Source: a bacterium | Lineage (GTDB): Bacteria; Omnitrophota; Gorgyraeia; Zapsychrales; Zapsychraceae | Direction: 5' to 3' | Length of the DNA: 64,000 nucleotides | Assembly (NCBI GenBank): GCA_030429765.1 | Contig: JAUIER010000012.1 | Location: 32,916 to 96,915, forward strand | Shown: one piece after another, positions 49,275 to 59,993 of the stretch | How positions within the stretch are numbered: the stretch's first letter is position 1 | Layout of the letters: each line of letters begins with the position of its first letter | Notes under the pieces: generated by a model | Told to the model about the DNA's origin: nothing | What the model saw: the letters and a program-made list of their open reading frames with translations, nothing else | Databases searched by the model: none | Translations under genes and position numbers: made by a program

Positions 49275-49664
49275 ATGGGAAATTGGGACGGATTAGATCG
49301 AAGAAAGTTTCCGCGGGTCAAATATCCGTGTTTGGTTATCCTCAAAGACGCAGAGGATAACAAAGAAATTATTCTCAGTCATACTGAAAATATCGGCATC
49401 GGCGGAATTTGTGTTATTCTAAAGAAAAACGTTAAAATGTTTTCCACCGTCGAGATCGAACTTGATTTGCTGGATATGAGTCAGCATATCAAGTGTCAGG
49501 GAAAGATCGTCTGGAACGTCCAGCGGAAGGATGATGCCAAGAAAAAACCGGCGTTTTACGACGTGGGTATTGAATTTAAGGATATCACAGACAAGGAACG
49601 TGAACGGGTCGAGCACATCATCACCAAACTGGCCGGTTTGGATCGAGAGGTCCCATACACATAG
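49275..49664 (+). CDS. Stand-alone PilZ domain protein (c-di-GMP receptor candidate)
   Basis: RRKFPR (RxxxR), NIGIGG (NxS/GxxG), G.IVW, VGIEF. Confidence 0.85.
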   Translation: MGNWDGLDRRKFPRVKYPCLVILKDAEDNKEIILSHTENIGIGGICVILKKNVKMFSTVEIELDLLDMSQHIKCQGKIVWNVQRKDDAKKKPAFYDVGIEFKDITDKERERVEHIITKLAGLDREVPYT

Positions 49665-49708
49665 ACAAACGCCATCGTTTTAACTTCTTTCGAATATAGA
49701 GGATCCAC

Positions 49709-50986
49709 ATGATAAAAGTACGATTTGCCCCGAGTCCAACGGGGTTTTTGCATATTGGAGGCGCCCGGACTGCGCTTTTTAACTGGATGTACGCCCGCGC
49801 TCAAAAGGGAACGTTTGTATTGCGCATTGAGGATACCGATCAGCAGCGTTCTAAAAAGGAATTTGAAGAAGAGATTTTGCGCAGCATGAAATGGCTGGGC
49901 TTCGACTGGGATGAACTGCATTATCAGAGTCAACGTTTTGACATTTATCGCGAACACGCCCATCGTTTGCTGGATGAAGGTAAGGCTTACAAAGAAGGCG
50001 AGGCGATTATCCTGAAGATGATTCCTGATCAAGAGATCAAGATCTATGATTTGATCCGGGACGAGATTACATTTGATAGTTCTGATCTCAAAGATCAAGT
50101 GCTGATGAAGTCGGATGGTTCGCCGGCGTATAGTTTCTGCTGTGTGGTCGACGACGCGTTAATGGAAATTTCGCATGTCATCCGGGGAGAAGATCACATC
50201 TCTAATACACCGAAACAGATCATGATTTATAACGCGCTTGGGTGGAAGGTTCCCAAGTATGCTCATTTGCCATTGATCATGGGAGAGGACGGCAGCCGTT
50301 TGTCTAAACGTAACGGCGCGGTGGCGGTGAGCGACTACAAGAATCAGGGATTTATCGCCGAGTCGCTCGTGAATTACTTGATGCTGCTGGGCTGGTCTCC
50401 GGGAAACAACCAGGAAAAGACTACGCTTGAGGCGGCCGTTAAAAAATTCTCGATCAAGAAAGTCAACAAGGCCGCGGCCATTTTTTCTATGGAAAAGCTG
50501 CGGTGGCTGAACAATCAATATTTTAAGGAAATGAAGACCGATCAATTGATCGAGATACTTAAAGAAAATCTGCAAGAGCGTAAGGTCGATATGAATCTTG
50601 TCGATGATGCGCAATTCCGTGAGCTGGTGGATTTGTACAAAGGACGACTGGCGACGCTGAATGATTTTTACGACTGGACAGATTTTGCGTTTGTCAGTGA
50701 TGTCAAAATCAGTGATGAGCTTAAGTCTAAGTATCTGGCCGCGGAAAAATGTGAGATTCTTAAAAAACTTGCCGACGCATTGGCCGGAGTCGGCCAGTTT
50801 GATGCGTCAACGGCAGAAAGCGTTTTCAAGCAAACAGTAGAAAGCAGCGGACATACCTCCAAAGATTATATCCATCCAGTTCGTGTCGCCCTGACCGGAA
50901 AAGAGGTGGGACCGAGTTTATTCCATATTATGTCGATACTTGGCAAAGACAAAACGGTCAGTCGGTTAAACCATGTTTCTATTTAG
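49709..50986 (+). CDS. gltX: Glutamate--tRNA ligase
   Basis: RFAPSPTGFLHIGG, RIEDTD, RGEDH, RLSKR. Confidence 0.96.
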   Translation: MIKVRFAPSPTGFLHIGGARTALFNWMYARAQKGTFVLRIEDTDQQRSKKEFEEEILRSMKWLGFDWDELHYQSQRFDIYREHAHRLLDEGKAYKEGEAIILKMIPDQEIKIYDLIRDEITFDSSDLKDQVLMKSDGSPAYSFCCVVDDALMEISHVIRGEDHISNTPKQIMIYNALGWKVPKYAHLPLIMGEDGSRLSKRNGAVAVSDYKNQGFIAESLVNYLMLLGWSPGNNQEKTTLEAAVKKFSIKKVNKAAAIFSMEKLRWLNNQYFKEMKTDQLIEILKENLQERKVDMNLVDDAQFRELVDLYKGRLATLNDFYDWTDFAFVSDVKISDELKSKYLAAEKCEILKKLADALAGVGQFDASTAESVFKQTVESSGHTSKDYIHPVRVALTGKEVGPSLFHIMSILGKDKTVSRLNHVSI

Positions 50987-51005
50987 CCAACATAAGGAGA
51001 AAGTC

Positions 51006-51155
51006 ATGAAAATTTTTGGACGTCTTGTTTGTTTATGTGTGCTGACATTGCTGTTACAGGGATGTGAAACGTGGCGCGGGGCCAGAGACGGTTTTTCAGA
51101 GGATTGGAGACGCTGGACGGAGCGAGACAAACAGGTTCAGGAAAAATATTGGTAG
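51006..51155 (+). CDS. Small entericidin-like lipoprotein (49 aa)
   Basis: SD AAGGAG; lipobox LQGC followed by ETWRGARDG. Confidence 0.7.
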   Translation: MKIFGRLVCLCVLTLLLQGCETWRGARDGFSEDWRRWTERDKQVQEKYW

Positions 51156-51170
51156 CGGTAACAGGGCTGA

Positions 51171-51755
51171 TTAGTCCAGCAATGCCGGAATGACTTTGAC
51201 TTTGGGTTTTGAATCCGGAGCGGGAGCGAATGGATCCGGTGTTGGAGCCGGTTTAGGAGTGAGCTTTTCCTGGATTTTTTCCGCCGGAATTTTTTCAAAA
51301 TCCGCAACATCTTCGGAATCCAGTGTGGCATCCAGACCGTGACCGCCCTGGATGGCGAGAATATCTTCGGGATTCATATCCGATACCTCAAAAGATTTGA
51401 CCTTCCAGTCCATCCCCGAACGGATCAGGACATATTCCCACTGACTATTCATGGGAAGATACCGATTTCGGACAAATTTGATATCGACATTAATCTTGAC
51501 CAGCATTTCGTCTTTGTTCTTGAGCAGACGCCGGCTTTTGATACGATATGATATAACCTTGACCACATTCGGGTATTTGTCCCGATCTTCCCAATGGTTC
51601 ATGGCCGTTAACATACTGTCCTGAGACCACTCATCAAGAATGTTTTTAACCACTTTGGACGCAGCCCCTTTATGAACGGCGGGCATCATAATAAAGTGAA
51701 CGATACCCAGAAAAATAACAATGGCGGCTACGATTAGGTTAGATCTGTCTTGCAT
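51171..51755 (-). CDS. Hypothetical membrane-anchored protein
   Basis: N-terminal TM, soluble domain, Pro-rich tail; the only sizeable minus-strand gene in this block. Confidence 0.6.
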   Translation of the reverse strand: MQDRSNLIVAAIVIFLGIVHFIMMPAVHKGAASKVVKNILDEWSQDSMLTAMNHWEDRDKYPNVVKVISYRIKSRRLLKNKDEMLVKINVDIKFVRNRYLPMNSQWEYVLIRSGMDWKVKSFEVSDMNPEDILAIQGGHGLDATLDSEDVADFEKIPAEKIQEKLTPKPAPTPDPFAPAPDSKPKVKVIPALLD

Positions 51756-51885
51756 GGTGGTAATAGTCAGTTTTTATAAGTTGAATGATACTATAAGTTA
51801 CCACACATAAACCGGCATAGCAATAAGTTTCACCGGGTATGTCAAAAAGTATTTATCTAGCCGGAAACTTGTGCTATAAAGGAGA

Positions 51886-52479
51886 GTGTCTGTCAAAAAC
51901 ATGTGCAAAATCAATGGGTTGGGAGAAATTTTCCGCCGAATGGGCGTGGGTGTCTGCCTGGTTCTGGTCAGTTTCTCGCTGGTCGGCTGCGACTATATTT
52001 ACCGATTGTTGGATAAGGAAGGCGCCGAGGAATTGGAATTGGTCGGGGAGATGTCCCCTTTTGAGAAGAATCCGACAGTTGAAGAAATTCAGCATTTGCT
52101 CAAAATATACGGTTACAGCCCCGGGGCGGTAGACGGGGTGCTGGGTTTACGGACCCGGAATTCCATCGAGAAATTTCAGAACGACCATGGACTCAAACCT
52201 TCCCGATTTGTCGATGACGAGACGTGGGCCATGCTGTGTGTGCATAAAGACAACGGCTTAGTGGTGGACGGTGAGGTCAGCATCACCCGCGTTCAGGAAC
52301 TGCTCACGCGGGCCGGCCATGACATCGGTGCGGTAGACGGCAAGTTCGGCCCCAAAACTCAGAAAGCCGTGGAAGAATTTCAAAAGGCGCATCAACTGAA
52401 AGTTGATGGCAAAATCGGTTACAATACCATGAAGGCCATGGCGCTCTACATTAATCAACCCATACAAACGACCCCATAA
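51886..52479 (+). CDS. Lipoprotein with two peptidoglycan-binding (PG_binding_1) domains
   Basis: Lipobox LVGC; two repeats Q.LL...G...G.VDG..G..T..A/S...FQ..H.LK.DG; true start may be further downstream. Confidence 0.85.
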   Translation: MSVKNMCKINGLGEIFRRMGVGVCLVLVSFSLVGCDYIYRLLDKEGAEELELVGEMSPFEKNPTVEEIQHLLKIYGYSPGAVDGVLGLRTRNSIEKFQNDHGLKPSRFVDDETWAMLCVHKDNGLVVDGEVSITRVQELLTRAGHDIGAVDGKFGPKTQKAVEEFQKAHQLKVDGKIGYNTMKAMALYINQPIQTTP

Positions 52480-52480
52480 C

Positions 52481-53281
52481 ATGACTCAATCGAACAATCC
52501 GGTTTTGAAAGAAATTCAACAACACTTAACGCAAAAAAAATTGATCCTTTTTTTGGATTATGATGGCACATTGACACCGATCGTGGATACGCCGGATCAG
52601 GCGGTGTTGTCGGCATCGAACCGTGAGCTGGTCGCGTCCATTGCCGCGCTGGCGCGGGTGGCGATCGTCAGCGGACGGGCAACAGAAGATGTCAAAAAGA
52701 AGGTCGATATCGACGGGATATTTTATGCCGGCAGTCATGGATTTGAAATCGTTCAGCCCGACGGAAATGTCCATGTGAATGAGGAGGCCCAACAGGTCCG
52801 GAAAACCCTTGAACATATTCTGAAACAATTAGGCGAACGCCTTCGAGACATTGACGGTGTTTTGATCGAAGATGTCAAATACACCGTTTCAGTGCATTAC
52901 CGGCTGGTTGACGAGGCGGATGTCCCAACGGTCGAGGCCGAGGTAGATCGAATTTTGAGCGAGGTCAGCGGCTTTCAGAAAATGTGCGGCAAGAAGGTCT
53001 TTGAGATCCGTCCTCAGATAGACTGGCATAAAGGCAAAGCCGTGCGTTGGATTCTGGATTTGCTGAGGTATAACCCCGCGCAGGATTTTGCCGTCTATAT
53101 CGGAGATGACACCACCGATGAAGATGCTTTTGAGGTCCTCAAGGGCAATGGGATGGGGATATTGGTCGCGGAGAAGGCACGGGCGTCTCATGCCGACTTC
53201 AGGATCAAGGATACAGCGGAGGTCTCGATGGCGCTCGAAGTTGTCCTCAAGCATCTGAAAAATCTTGAAAATCAGGATTAG
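52481..53281 (+). CDS. otsB: Trehalose-6-phosphate phosphatase
   Basis: FLDYDGTLTPIV, VSGR, YAGSHG, VHYR, WHKGKA, YIGDDTTDEDAF. Confidence 0.93.
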   Translation: MTQSNNPVLKEIQQHLTQKKLILFLDYDGTLTPIVDTPDQAVLSASNRELVASIAALARVAIVSGRATEDVKKKVDIDGIFYAGSHGFEIVQPDGNVHVNEEAQQVRKTLEHILKQLGERLRDIDGVLIEDVKYTVSVHYRLVDEADVPTVEAEVDRILSEVSGFQKMCGKKVFEIRPQIDWHKGKAVRWILDLLRYNPAQDFAVYIGDDTTDEDAFEVLKGNGMGILVAEKARASHADFRIKDTAEVSMALEVVLKHLKNLENQD

Positions 53282-53368
53282 TCGTTTAAATCGCCGATAA
53301 AGCTCTTGCTTTTTCGGAAAAAATCGCTATTATCAATTTATTCACATTTGTAATCCTCACATCTGATT

Positions 53369-54502
53369 ATGAAAATTCACGAATATCAAGCCTCAGAATT
53401 ATTTAAGAAATCCGGATTGCCGGTTGTCGATGGACAGGTGACGTCCGAAGTCGACGAAGCGGTATCGTTTGCGCAATCGATAGGATATCCGGTTGTCTTG
53501 AAAAGTCAGGTTCTCGTCGGAGGACGGGGCAAGGCCGGCGGTATCAAGGTCGTCAAATCCGAGGAAGAGTTACGTGAAAAGTATCAGGATCTGAAAAATC
53601 TCACCATCAAAGGCTATCCGGTCAGAAAGATTCTCGTCGTCAAGGCCATTGATATCCAGAAAGAATTCTATTTGGCCGCCATTGTCGATACGGCTCAGGA
53701 TGACATTGTCCTGATCGCCAGCTCTGAAGGCGGTGTGGAAATCGAGGAGACGGCCAAGACCAATCCGGATGCCATCAAGAAATATTATCTGCAAGGTCAG
53801 AAATCGCTCGATCCGGCGCGATTTCCATCATTTATTCAGGGGGTATTTGATACGCCCGAATTGCAGGCCCAGGGAACGAAGGTCTTTGAAGGACTACTGA
53901 AAACATTTTTTGACAATGATTGTTCGCTGGCCGAGATCAATCCGCTGGTTATCGACGGCACAGGAACGATATATGCGGCGGACGCCAAGATTAATCTGGA
54001 TGACAATGCCTTGATGCGGCACGAAGGTTTGGAAGATTTGCGGGATATGGATTATGAAAATGCCGATGAGCTCGAGGCCAAGAAGCACAACTTGAGTTTT
54101 GTCAAGCTCGACGGTAATGTTGGATGTATTGTCAATGGTGCCGGGCTGGCGATGGCCACGATGGACATCGTGAAGTTATCTGGCGGAAACCCGGCCAACT
54201 TTCTCGACGTGGGCGGCAGTTCCAATCCGGAAAAGGTCTTAAACGCGATCAAGATCATTTTGCGCAGTCCCGAGGTCAAGGCAATCCTGATCAATATCTT
54301 CGGCGGGATTACGCGTTGCGATGATATCGCCAACGGAATTCTGGAAGCCAAAAAGCAGATCGATTTGCCGGTTCCACTTGTTATCCGTCTGACCGGGACT
54401 AATGAAAAAGAAGCCAAAGATATCCTAACGGCCGCGGGGGTTGAGACATTCTCGACCATGCGCGAAGCGGTCAACAAAGTGGTGGAACTCGCCCGAGGCT
54501 AA
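53369..54502 (+). CDS. sucC: Succinate--CoA ligase beta subunit
   Basis: [40 protein letters not shown]. Confidence 0.95.
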   Translation: MKIHEYQASELFKKSGLPVVDGQVTSEVDEAVSFAQSIGYPVVLKSQVLVGGRGKAGGIKVVKSEEELREKYQDLKNLTIKGYPVRKILVVKAIDIQKEFYLAAIVDTAQDDIVLIASSEGGVEIEETAKTNPDAIKKYYLQGQKSLDPARFPSFIQGVFDTPELQAQGTKVFEGLLKTFFDNDCSLAEINPLVIDGTGTIYAADAKINLDDNALMRHEGLEDLRDMDYENADELEAKKHNLSFVKLDGNVGCIVNGAGLAMATMDIVKLSGGNPANFLDVGGSSNPEKVLNAIKIILRSPEVKAILINIFGGITRCDDIANGILEAKKQIDLPVPLVIRLTGTNEKEAKDILTAAGVETFSTMREAVNKVVELARG

Positions 54503-54507
54503 ACACT

Positions 54508-55377
54508 ATGAGCGTTATTGTTGATAACAACACAAAAGTCATTGTTCAGGGAATAACCGGCCGGGATGGATCTTTTCACGCCCAGCAGATGCTCGAGTAC
54601 GGCACCAAGGTTGTCGGCGGGGTCACCCCGGGCAAGGGCGGACAGGAAGTTCACGGTGTGCCTGTATTTAATTCGGTGGCAGAGGCCAAATCAGCGACGG
54701 GAGCCAATTGCGCGATTATCTATGTCCCGGCCAAATTTGCCAAGGCGGCGATGCTTGAAGATATCGAGGCGGGTATGGAACTGATTATCTGTATCAGCGA
54801 AGGATTACCGATGCTCGATATGGTAGATGTCCGTCACGCGATGAAAGGTAAAAATATTCGGCTTATCGGGCCCAACTGTCCGGGAGTAATTTCACCGGGA
54901 CAATGCAAGGTCGGGATTATGCCTGGTCATATTCACAAGCCGGGGCCAATCGGAGTTGTATCGCGCAGCGGCACGCTCACCTATGAAGTTGTTTATAATC
55001 TTACCCTCAATGACATCGGTCAAACTAGTTGCGTGGGAATCGGCGGCGATCCCATTATCGGAACACGTTTTATCGATGTACTGGAAATGTTCAATAAAGA
55101 CGACGAGACCCAGGGAATCGTCATGGTCGGTGAGATCGGTGGTCAGGATGAACAGATCGCGGCCGAGTACATCAAACGAGAGATCAAAAAGCCTGTCGTC
55201 GGATTTATCGCCGGACGGACAGCGCCCAAAGGTAAACGTATGGGGCACGCCGGAGCGATCATTTCTTCGGGCGACAGCACGGCTGAGGCCAAGCGCGCGA
55301 TTCTGGAAGACGCCGGCGTTCATGTCGTTGACTTTCCGGATGAAATTCCACCTATTTTTAAGCAAAAATTAGCTTAA
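54508..55377 (+). CDS. sucD: Succinate--CoA ligase alpha subunit
   Basis: [26 protein letters not shown]. Confidence 0.95.
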   Translation: MSVIVDNNTKVIVQGITGRDGSFHAQQMLEYGTKVVGGVTPGKGGQEVHGVPVFNSVAEAKSATGANCAIIYVPAKFAKAAMLEDIEAGMELIICISEGLPMLDMVDVRHAMKGKNIRLIGPNCPGVISPGQCKVGIMPGHIHKPGPIGVVSRSGTLTYEVVYNLTLNDIGQTSCVGIGGDPIIGTRFIDVLEMFNKDDETQGIVMVGEIGGQDEQIAAEYIKREIKKPVVGFIAGRTAPKGKRMGHAGAIISSGDSTAEAKRAILEDAGVHVVDFPDEIPPIFKQKLA

Positions 55378-55428
55378 TTCCCTCCAAATCGTATTATAAT
55401 AACTCAAGTCAATCAGGCTGTTTGTCCT

Positions 55429-56535
55429 ATGAAGAAAAAAATTTTCAAGAATATTTTTGTATCTTCCATCCACCAAAATGCCGGTAAGACCACGATGTCG
55501 CTGGGTCTCTACCAGGCCCTCAAGAGCCGAAAAATCCGTACCACCTTTCTCAAGCCCATTGGTCAGCAATTTGTGAATGTCGGTGATCTGAGCGTCGACA
55601 AGGATTCATATCTGATTGGTGAGGTTTTTAAGATGGGAAAAAAGCTCAAGGAGATGAGCCCGGTCACCATCGGACGCGGCTACACGGAAAAGTATATTTT
55701 TAATCCCAACAAGGCTGCCCATGAACGCAAGATTGTCCGGGCGTACGAAAGTCTGATCAAACGCAAAGACGCGATCATCGTCGAGGGGACGGGGCACGCG
55801 GGCGTCGGGTCGGTCATTGATCACTCCAACGCCGATGTGGCGAAGTTGCTGGGATCAAAAGTGATCATTATCAGCGAGGGCGGGATCGGACGCTGTATTG
55901 ATGAAATCACACTCAACAAGGCCTTGTTTGATCTCAAACAAGTCGAAATTATCGGCGTCATTGTCAATAAGGTGCTCCCCGAGAAATACAATAAGATCAA
56001 ACGTATTTTGTCACGGGGCTTGAAAAATAAGGGATTAAAATTGTTGGGTGTCATTCCCGTGAATCCGCTGATGAGTTCACCGACGGTGGCGCAGATCCGG
56101 TCGCGTCTGAAATTGCAGGTGCTGTGCGGGATGACGGCCACATCACGCCGGGTCAAGAACGTTATTGTGGCGGCGATGGAACCGCACAATATGGTCCATT
56201 ACTTACGGGACGGCACGCTGGTGATCACGTCGGGCGATCGGGTTGACAACATTTTGCTGGCGGTCAGTACGCATCTGGTGCGGGACGGACGAAGTTTTCA
56301 GATCTCAGGGATAATACTTACGGGAGGTTTGATGCCGAACCCCCAAATCGTGGAACTCCTTAAAAAAAGTGAAATCCCGGTTTTGATCACCGATGAGGAC
56401 ACCTACACCATTGCCGCGACAGTCGAACATATGATCTGCAAGATCCAGAAAACCGATAAAGACAAAATCGAAGAGGCGGGTAAGCTGGTCCGCAAATATG
56501 TGGACGTAAACACGATTCTCAAGAGTTTTGACTAG
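55429..56535 (+). CDS. Phosphotransacetylase N-terminal-like protein (BioD-like P-loop plus DRTGG)
   Basis: NAGKTT, FLKPIG, VEGTGH, ITSGDR...ILTGG; no Pta catalytic domain. Confidence 0.85.
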   Translation: MKKKIFKNIFVSSIHQNAGKTTMSLGLYQALKSRKIRTTFLKPIGQQFVNVGDLSVDKDSYLIGEVFKMGKKLKEMSPVTIGRGYTEKYIFNPNKAAHERKIVRAYESLIKRKDAIIVEGTGHAGVGSVIDHSNADVAKLLGSKVIIISEGGIGRCIDEITLNKALFDLKQVEIIGVIVNKVLPEKYNKIKRILSRGLKNKGLKLLGVIPVNPLMSSPTVAQIRSRLKLQVLCGMTATSRRVKNVIVAAMEPHNMVHYLRDGTLVITSGDRVDNILLAVSTHLVRDGRSFQISGIILTGGLMPNPQIVELLKKSEIPVLITDEDTYTIAATVEHMICKIQKTDKDKIEEAGKLVRKYVDVNTILKSFD

Positions 56536-56712
56536 AAATAGACTGAAAAAATTGCCTAAGAATCGGGCAGGCTCAAGTCGGATCTGTCAGGTAAAAAGCA
56601 GTGATAAAATGTGTTGATTTAAGATTAACAAAATGTTATCATGCGGACTTAATATTTATTAGCGCATCAGCCGACCGGCTCCATTGATTAACATTTAACC
56701 ATCATAATCCAT

Positions 56713-58062
56713 ATGAGCTCATTCAATATCAAACGAGGTAAAGACATTCAGCTTAAGGGCGAGGCCCGACGAGAATACATCGATGTCTTAGCCCCTCAGC
56801 GGGTTGCAATTCAGCCCCCGGATTTTCGTGGCCTCAAGGCCAGAGTTCTCGTCAAAGAAGGCGAAAAGGTCCAACGCGGATCGGTTGTTATCGAGGATAA
56901 AGATATCGACGGATTGAATCTGCTGTCGCCGATCAGCGGTACGGTCAAGGCGATCAACCGCGGCGCCAAGCGGGCCCTGCTTAGTATCGTCATCGAGAAC
57001 GATAAGTCTAACGACAGCCGTGACTTCAAGAAATACAGCGCGGCCGATATCAAAAAACTCAAGCGAAAAGACATCGTGGCCAGCCTGCTGGAAGGCGGCT
57101 TGTGGCCGACCATCCGGCAACGACCGTTCGGTAAGATCGCTTCTCCCCAAGACAAACCCAAATCCATTTTCGTCCGGGCCATCAACACGGATCCTCTGGC
57201 CGCGGATACTGATTTTATTCTCAATGACCAGGAAAAAGATTTTCAGGCTGGTCTGAACATTCTCACCAACTTAACAGACGGAAAAGTCCATCTGTGCATT
57301 AAAGATACGGCAAATTCGGCGGCTTTAACGTCGGCGGAGGGCGTCGAAGTGCATTTGTTCTCAGGTCCTCATCCGGCTGGAAATGTGGGAACTCACATAC
57401 ATCACGTTGACCCGATTAATAAAGGCGATGTGGTGTGGTACGTTGAGGCTCAAGATGTTGTACGAATCGCGCAGTTGTTCTCAACCGGACAGTACCCGAA
57501 CCGATGCGTGGTCGCGCTGACCGGAGAAGGGGCCAAAGACAATGTCTACGCCTTTACTCTTCAGGGAGCTTCCATTAAAGATTTGCTGAGCGGGACGGAT
57601 TTTGCCGGCAAACGCTGCCTGACGGGCAGTGTACTGAGTGGACGAGACGTCGGCGCGGATGGATTTCTGGGATTTTATGATTCGCAGATCACGATTGTTC
57701 CGGAAGGTGGAAATCGTGAGTTTCTAGGTTGGTTAGTTCCGGGATTCAAGAAATACACGCTGTCACACACATACGCATCGGCGTTTTTACCCGAAAAACC
57801 TGTCTCACTCGACACCGACGAAAACGGCGGTCATCGAGCGATTGTTCTCAATCACCTATACGACTCTTACGTCGCATTGGATGTTGTGACGTATTTTCTG
57901 CTTAAGGCGATCCTGGCCGAAGATATTGATGAGGCCGAACGCCTGGGTATTCTGGAATGTGATCCCGAAGATTTCGCCTTATGTACATTTGTCTGTCCTT
58001 CCAAGGTGAACGTCGGATCGATCATTCGACAAGGATTGGATATCATAGAGAAAGAAGGATAA
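56713..58062 (+). CDS. nqrA: Na+-translocating NADH:quinone reductase subunit A
   Basis: IKRGKDI, INRGAKR, RQRPF, GPHPAGNVG, LCTFVCPSK. Confidence 0.95.
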   Translation: MSSFNIKRGKDIQLKGEARREYIDVLAPQRVAIQPPDFRGLKARVLVKEGEKVQRGSVVIEDKDIDGLNLLSPISGTVKAINRGAKRALLSIVIENDKSNDSRDFKKYSAADIKKLKRKDIVASLLEGGLWPTIRQRPFGKIASPQDKPKSIFVRAINTDPLAADTDFILNDQEKDFQAGLNILTNLTDGKVHLCIKDTANSAALTSAEGVEVHLFSGPHPAGNVGTHIHHVDPINKGDVVWYVEAQDVVRIAQLFSTGQYPNRCVVALTGEGAKDNVYAFTLQGASIKDLLSGTDFAGKRCLTGSVLSGRDVGADGFLGFYDSQITIVPEGGNREFLGWLVPGFKKYTLSHTYASAFLPEKPVSLDTDENGGHRAIVLNHLYDSYVALDVVTYFLLKAILAEDIDEAERLGILECDPEDFALCTFVCPSKVNVGSIIRQGLDIIEKEG

Positions 58063-58093
58063 CCTCGTTAACACAGCGATGGTGAATTAAAAT

Positions 58094-59266
58094 ATGAGTT
58101 TTCTAGCCAAAAAATCCAAAGAAATTGAAGAAAAGTTTTTCGCCAAGGGCAAGCCCCTCGAAAAGATGTATCCGCTGTTTGACGCTCTGGATACATTTCT
58201 ATTGACACCAGGCAAAACGACCAAGGCCGCGCCGCATGTGCGTGATGCCGTGGACATCAAACGGGTCATGATCTTTGTTGTTGTGGCCCTTATTCCTTGT
58301 ATTATCATGGGGATCTACAATGTCGGGTATCAAATGCTGCTGGCCAAGGGAGCCGAAGTCAGCTTGATGGGAGCCATGGGACAGGGAGCTTTGAAGGTCC
58401 TCCCTATTATCATCGTCACATACGCCGTTGGGGGGATGTGGGAAGGTTTGTTTGCTATTGTCCGTAAGCACGAGATCAATGAAGGATTTCTGGTGACCGG
58501 AATTCTCTTCGCGCTGACATTGCCGCCGACGATCCCTTTGTGGATGGTCGCGGTGGGGATTTCGTTCGGAGTCGTGATTGGGAAAGAGATTTTTGGCGGT
58601 ACCGGATACAACGTGTTGAACCCGGCCTTAACGGCGCGGGCGTTTGTATTTTTTGCCTATCCGGCTCAGATGTCAGGAGATGCCGTTTGGGCGGCCGTGG
58701 ATGGATTTTCCCGGGCGACACCTTTAGCGGTGGTGGCCGGCGCGGACCGTGGTTCTTCAGCCGTGGAGGCCTTGACGTCAGCAGGATATACATTTAGCGA
58801 TATCGCGCTGGGATTTATTCCGGGCTCAATCGGTGAGAGTTCGGCGGTGGCGTGTTTGCTCGGTTTGATCTTCTTGTTAGTGACACGTGTCGCCAGCTGG
58901 CGAGTGATTGCCGGTTGTGTGATTGGGTTATTCGCGATGAGCTTTATTTTTTCGCTTTTTCAAGGCAGTGAGGCTTTGGCCTTCTTTAGTCTGCCGGCGC
59001 ATTGGCATTTGGTGATGGGAGGTTTCGCGTTTGGGGCGGTATTTATGGCCACCGATCCGGTTTCCTCAGCCGCGACAAATACAGGCCGCTGGATTTATGG
59101 GATTCTAATCGGTATGCTGGTCGTCCTGATTCGGGTCGTTAACCCAGCCTATCCGGAAGGGGTTATGCTGGCCATCTTATTTATGAACGTATTTGCTCCG
59201 ACAATTGATCATTTTGTTGTCCAGGGGAATGTAAAAAGGAGGCTAGCTCGTGTCCAAAAAGCGTAG
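58094..59266 (+). CDS. nqrB: Na+-NQR subunit B
   Basis: PHVRDAVDIKRVM, KEIFGGTG, FMN motif SRATPL, FMATDPVS. Confidence 0.95.
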   Translation: MSFLAKKSKEIEEKFFAKGKPLEKMYPLFDALDTFLLTPGKTTKAAPHVRDAVDIKRVMIFVVVALIPCIIMGIYNVGYQMLLAKGAEVSLMGAMGQGALKVLPIIIVTYAVGGMWEGLFAIVRKHEINEGFLVTGILFALTLPPTIPLWMVAVGISFGVVIGKEIFGGTGYNVLNPALTARAFVFFAYPAQMSGDAVWAAVDGFSRATPLAVVAGADRGSSAVEALTSAGYTFSDIALGFIPGSIGESSAVACLLGLIFLLVTRVASWRVIAGCVIGLFAMSFIFSLFQGSEALAFFSLPAHWHLVMGGFAFGAVFMATDPVSSAATNTGRWIYGILIGMLVVLIRVVNPAYPEGVMLAILFMNVFAPTIDHFVVQGNVKRRLARVQKA

Positions 59267-59969
59267 TCAATTTTATACATTTCAATTTGCCCTGGGGATT
59301 TGCATTATCTGCAGCATCTGCCTGACGCTTGTGTCGGAAGGATTGCGTCCCAAGAAAGAATTCAATGAAGCGCTCGACGTTAAGAAGAATATCCTTAAGG
59401 CCGTTGATTTGCGAACGCCACTCGCCGATAAGGCCACAAACGCGGATATCGAGAGTGTGTATCAGAAATACATCGACGTGAAGGTGATTGACGGTTCCGG
59501 AAATGTGATTGAAGGTAAATCGCCGGCTGATATTCAGGAAGGCGAAGATGCGTATCCGTTGTACGTTTATAAAGAAGGCAGCGAGAAGGTGGCCTACGCG
59601 TTTCCAATCGTGGGTAAAGGACTGTGGTCGACACTGTACGGATATTTGGCGCTGGAACCGGATGCCAAGACCATCCGCGGGATCACCTTCTACAAGCATG
59701 GTGAAACGCCTGGTCTGGGAGCCGAGATTGAAAAAGATTGGTTCCAAAACAATTTCAAAGGCAAGAGTATCTGGGATTACAAAGACGGTCAGTTGTGGCC
59801 GGTGGCGGTTATCAAAGGGAAAGTTTCGGAGAAGATTTCCGATCCGGAGCAGAAGAAGCATTATGTTGACGGAATCAGCGGGGCGACAATGACAGCTAAC
59901 GGTGTCACGGAAATGGTCGACCGTGAGATTCGAAAATACGAACCATTCTTTGCGAAAATTCGACGATAG
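59250..59969 (+). CDS. nqrC: Na+-NQR subunit C
   Basis: GKGLWST, HGETPGLG, FMN motif DGISGATMT. Confidence 0.95.
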   Translation: MSKKRSQFYTFQFALGICIICSICLTLVSEGLRPKKEFNEALDVKKNILKAVDLRTPLADKATNADIESVYQKYIDVKVIDGSGNVIEGKSPADIQEGEDAYPLYVYKEGSEKVAYAFPIVGKGLWSTLYGYLALEPDAKTIRGITFYKHGETPGLGAEIEKDWFQNNFKGKSIWDYKDGQLWPVAVIKGKVSEKISDPEQKKHYVDGISGATMTANGVTEMVDREIRKYEPFFAKIRR

Positions 59970-59993
59970 GACCCGATCAGGGGAGGAATTATT

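Noticed and set aside
56612-56642. FNR/Rex-like palindrome at the nqrA promoter
   Set aside because: Spacing does not match TTGAT-N4-ATCAA or the Rex consensus; AT-rich palindromes are expected by chance
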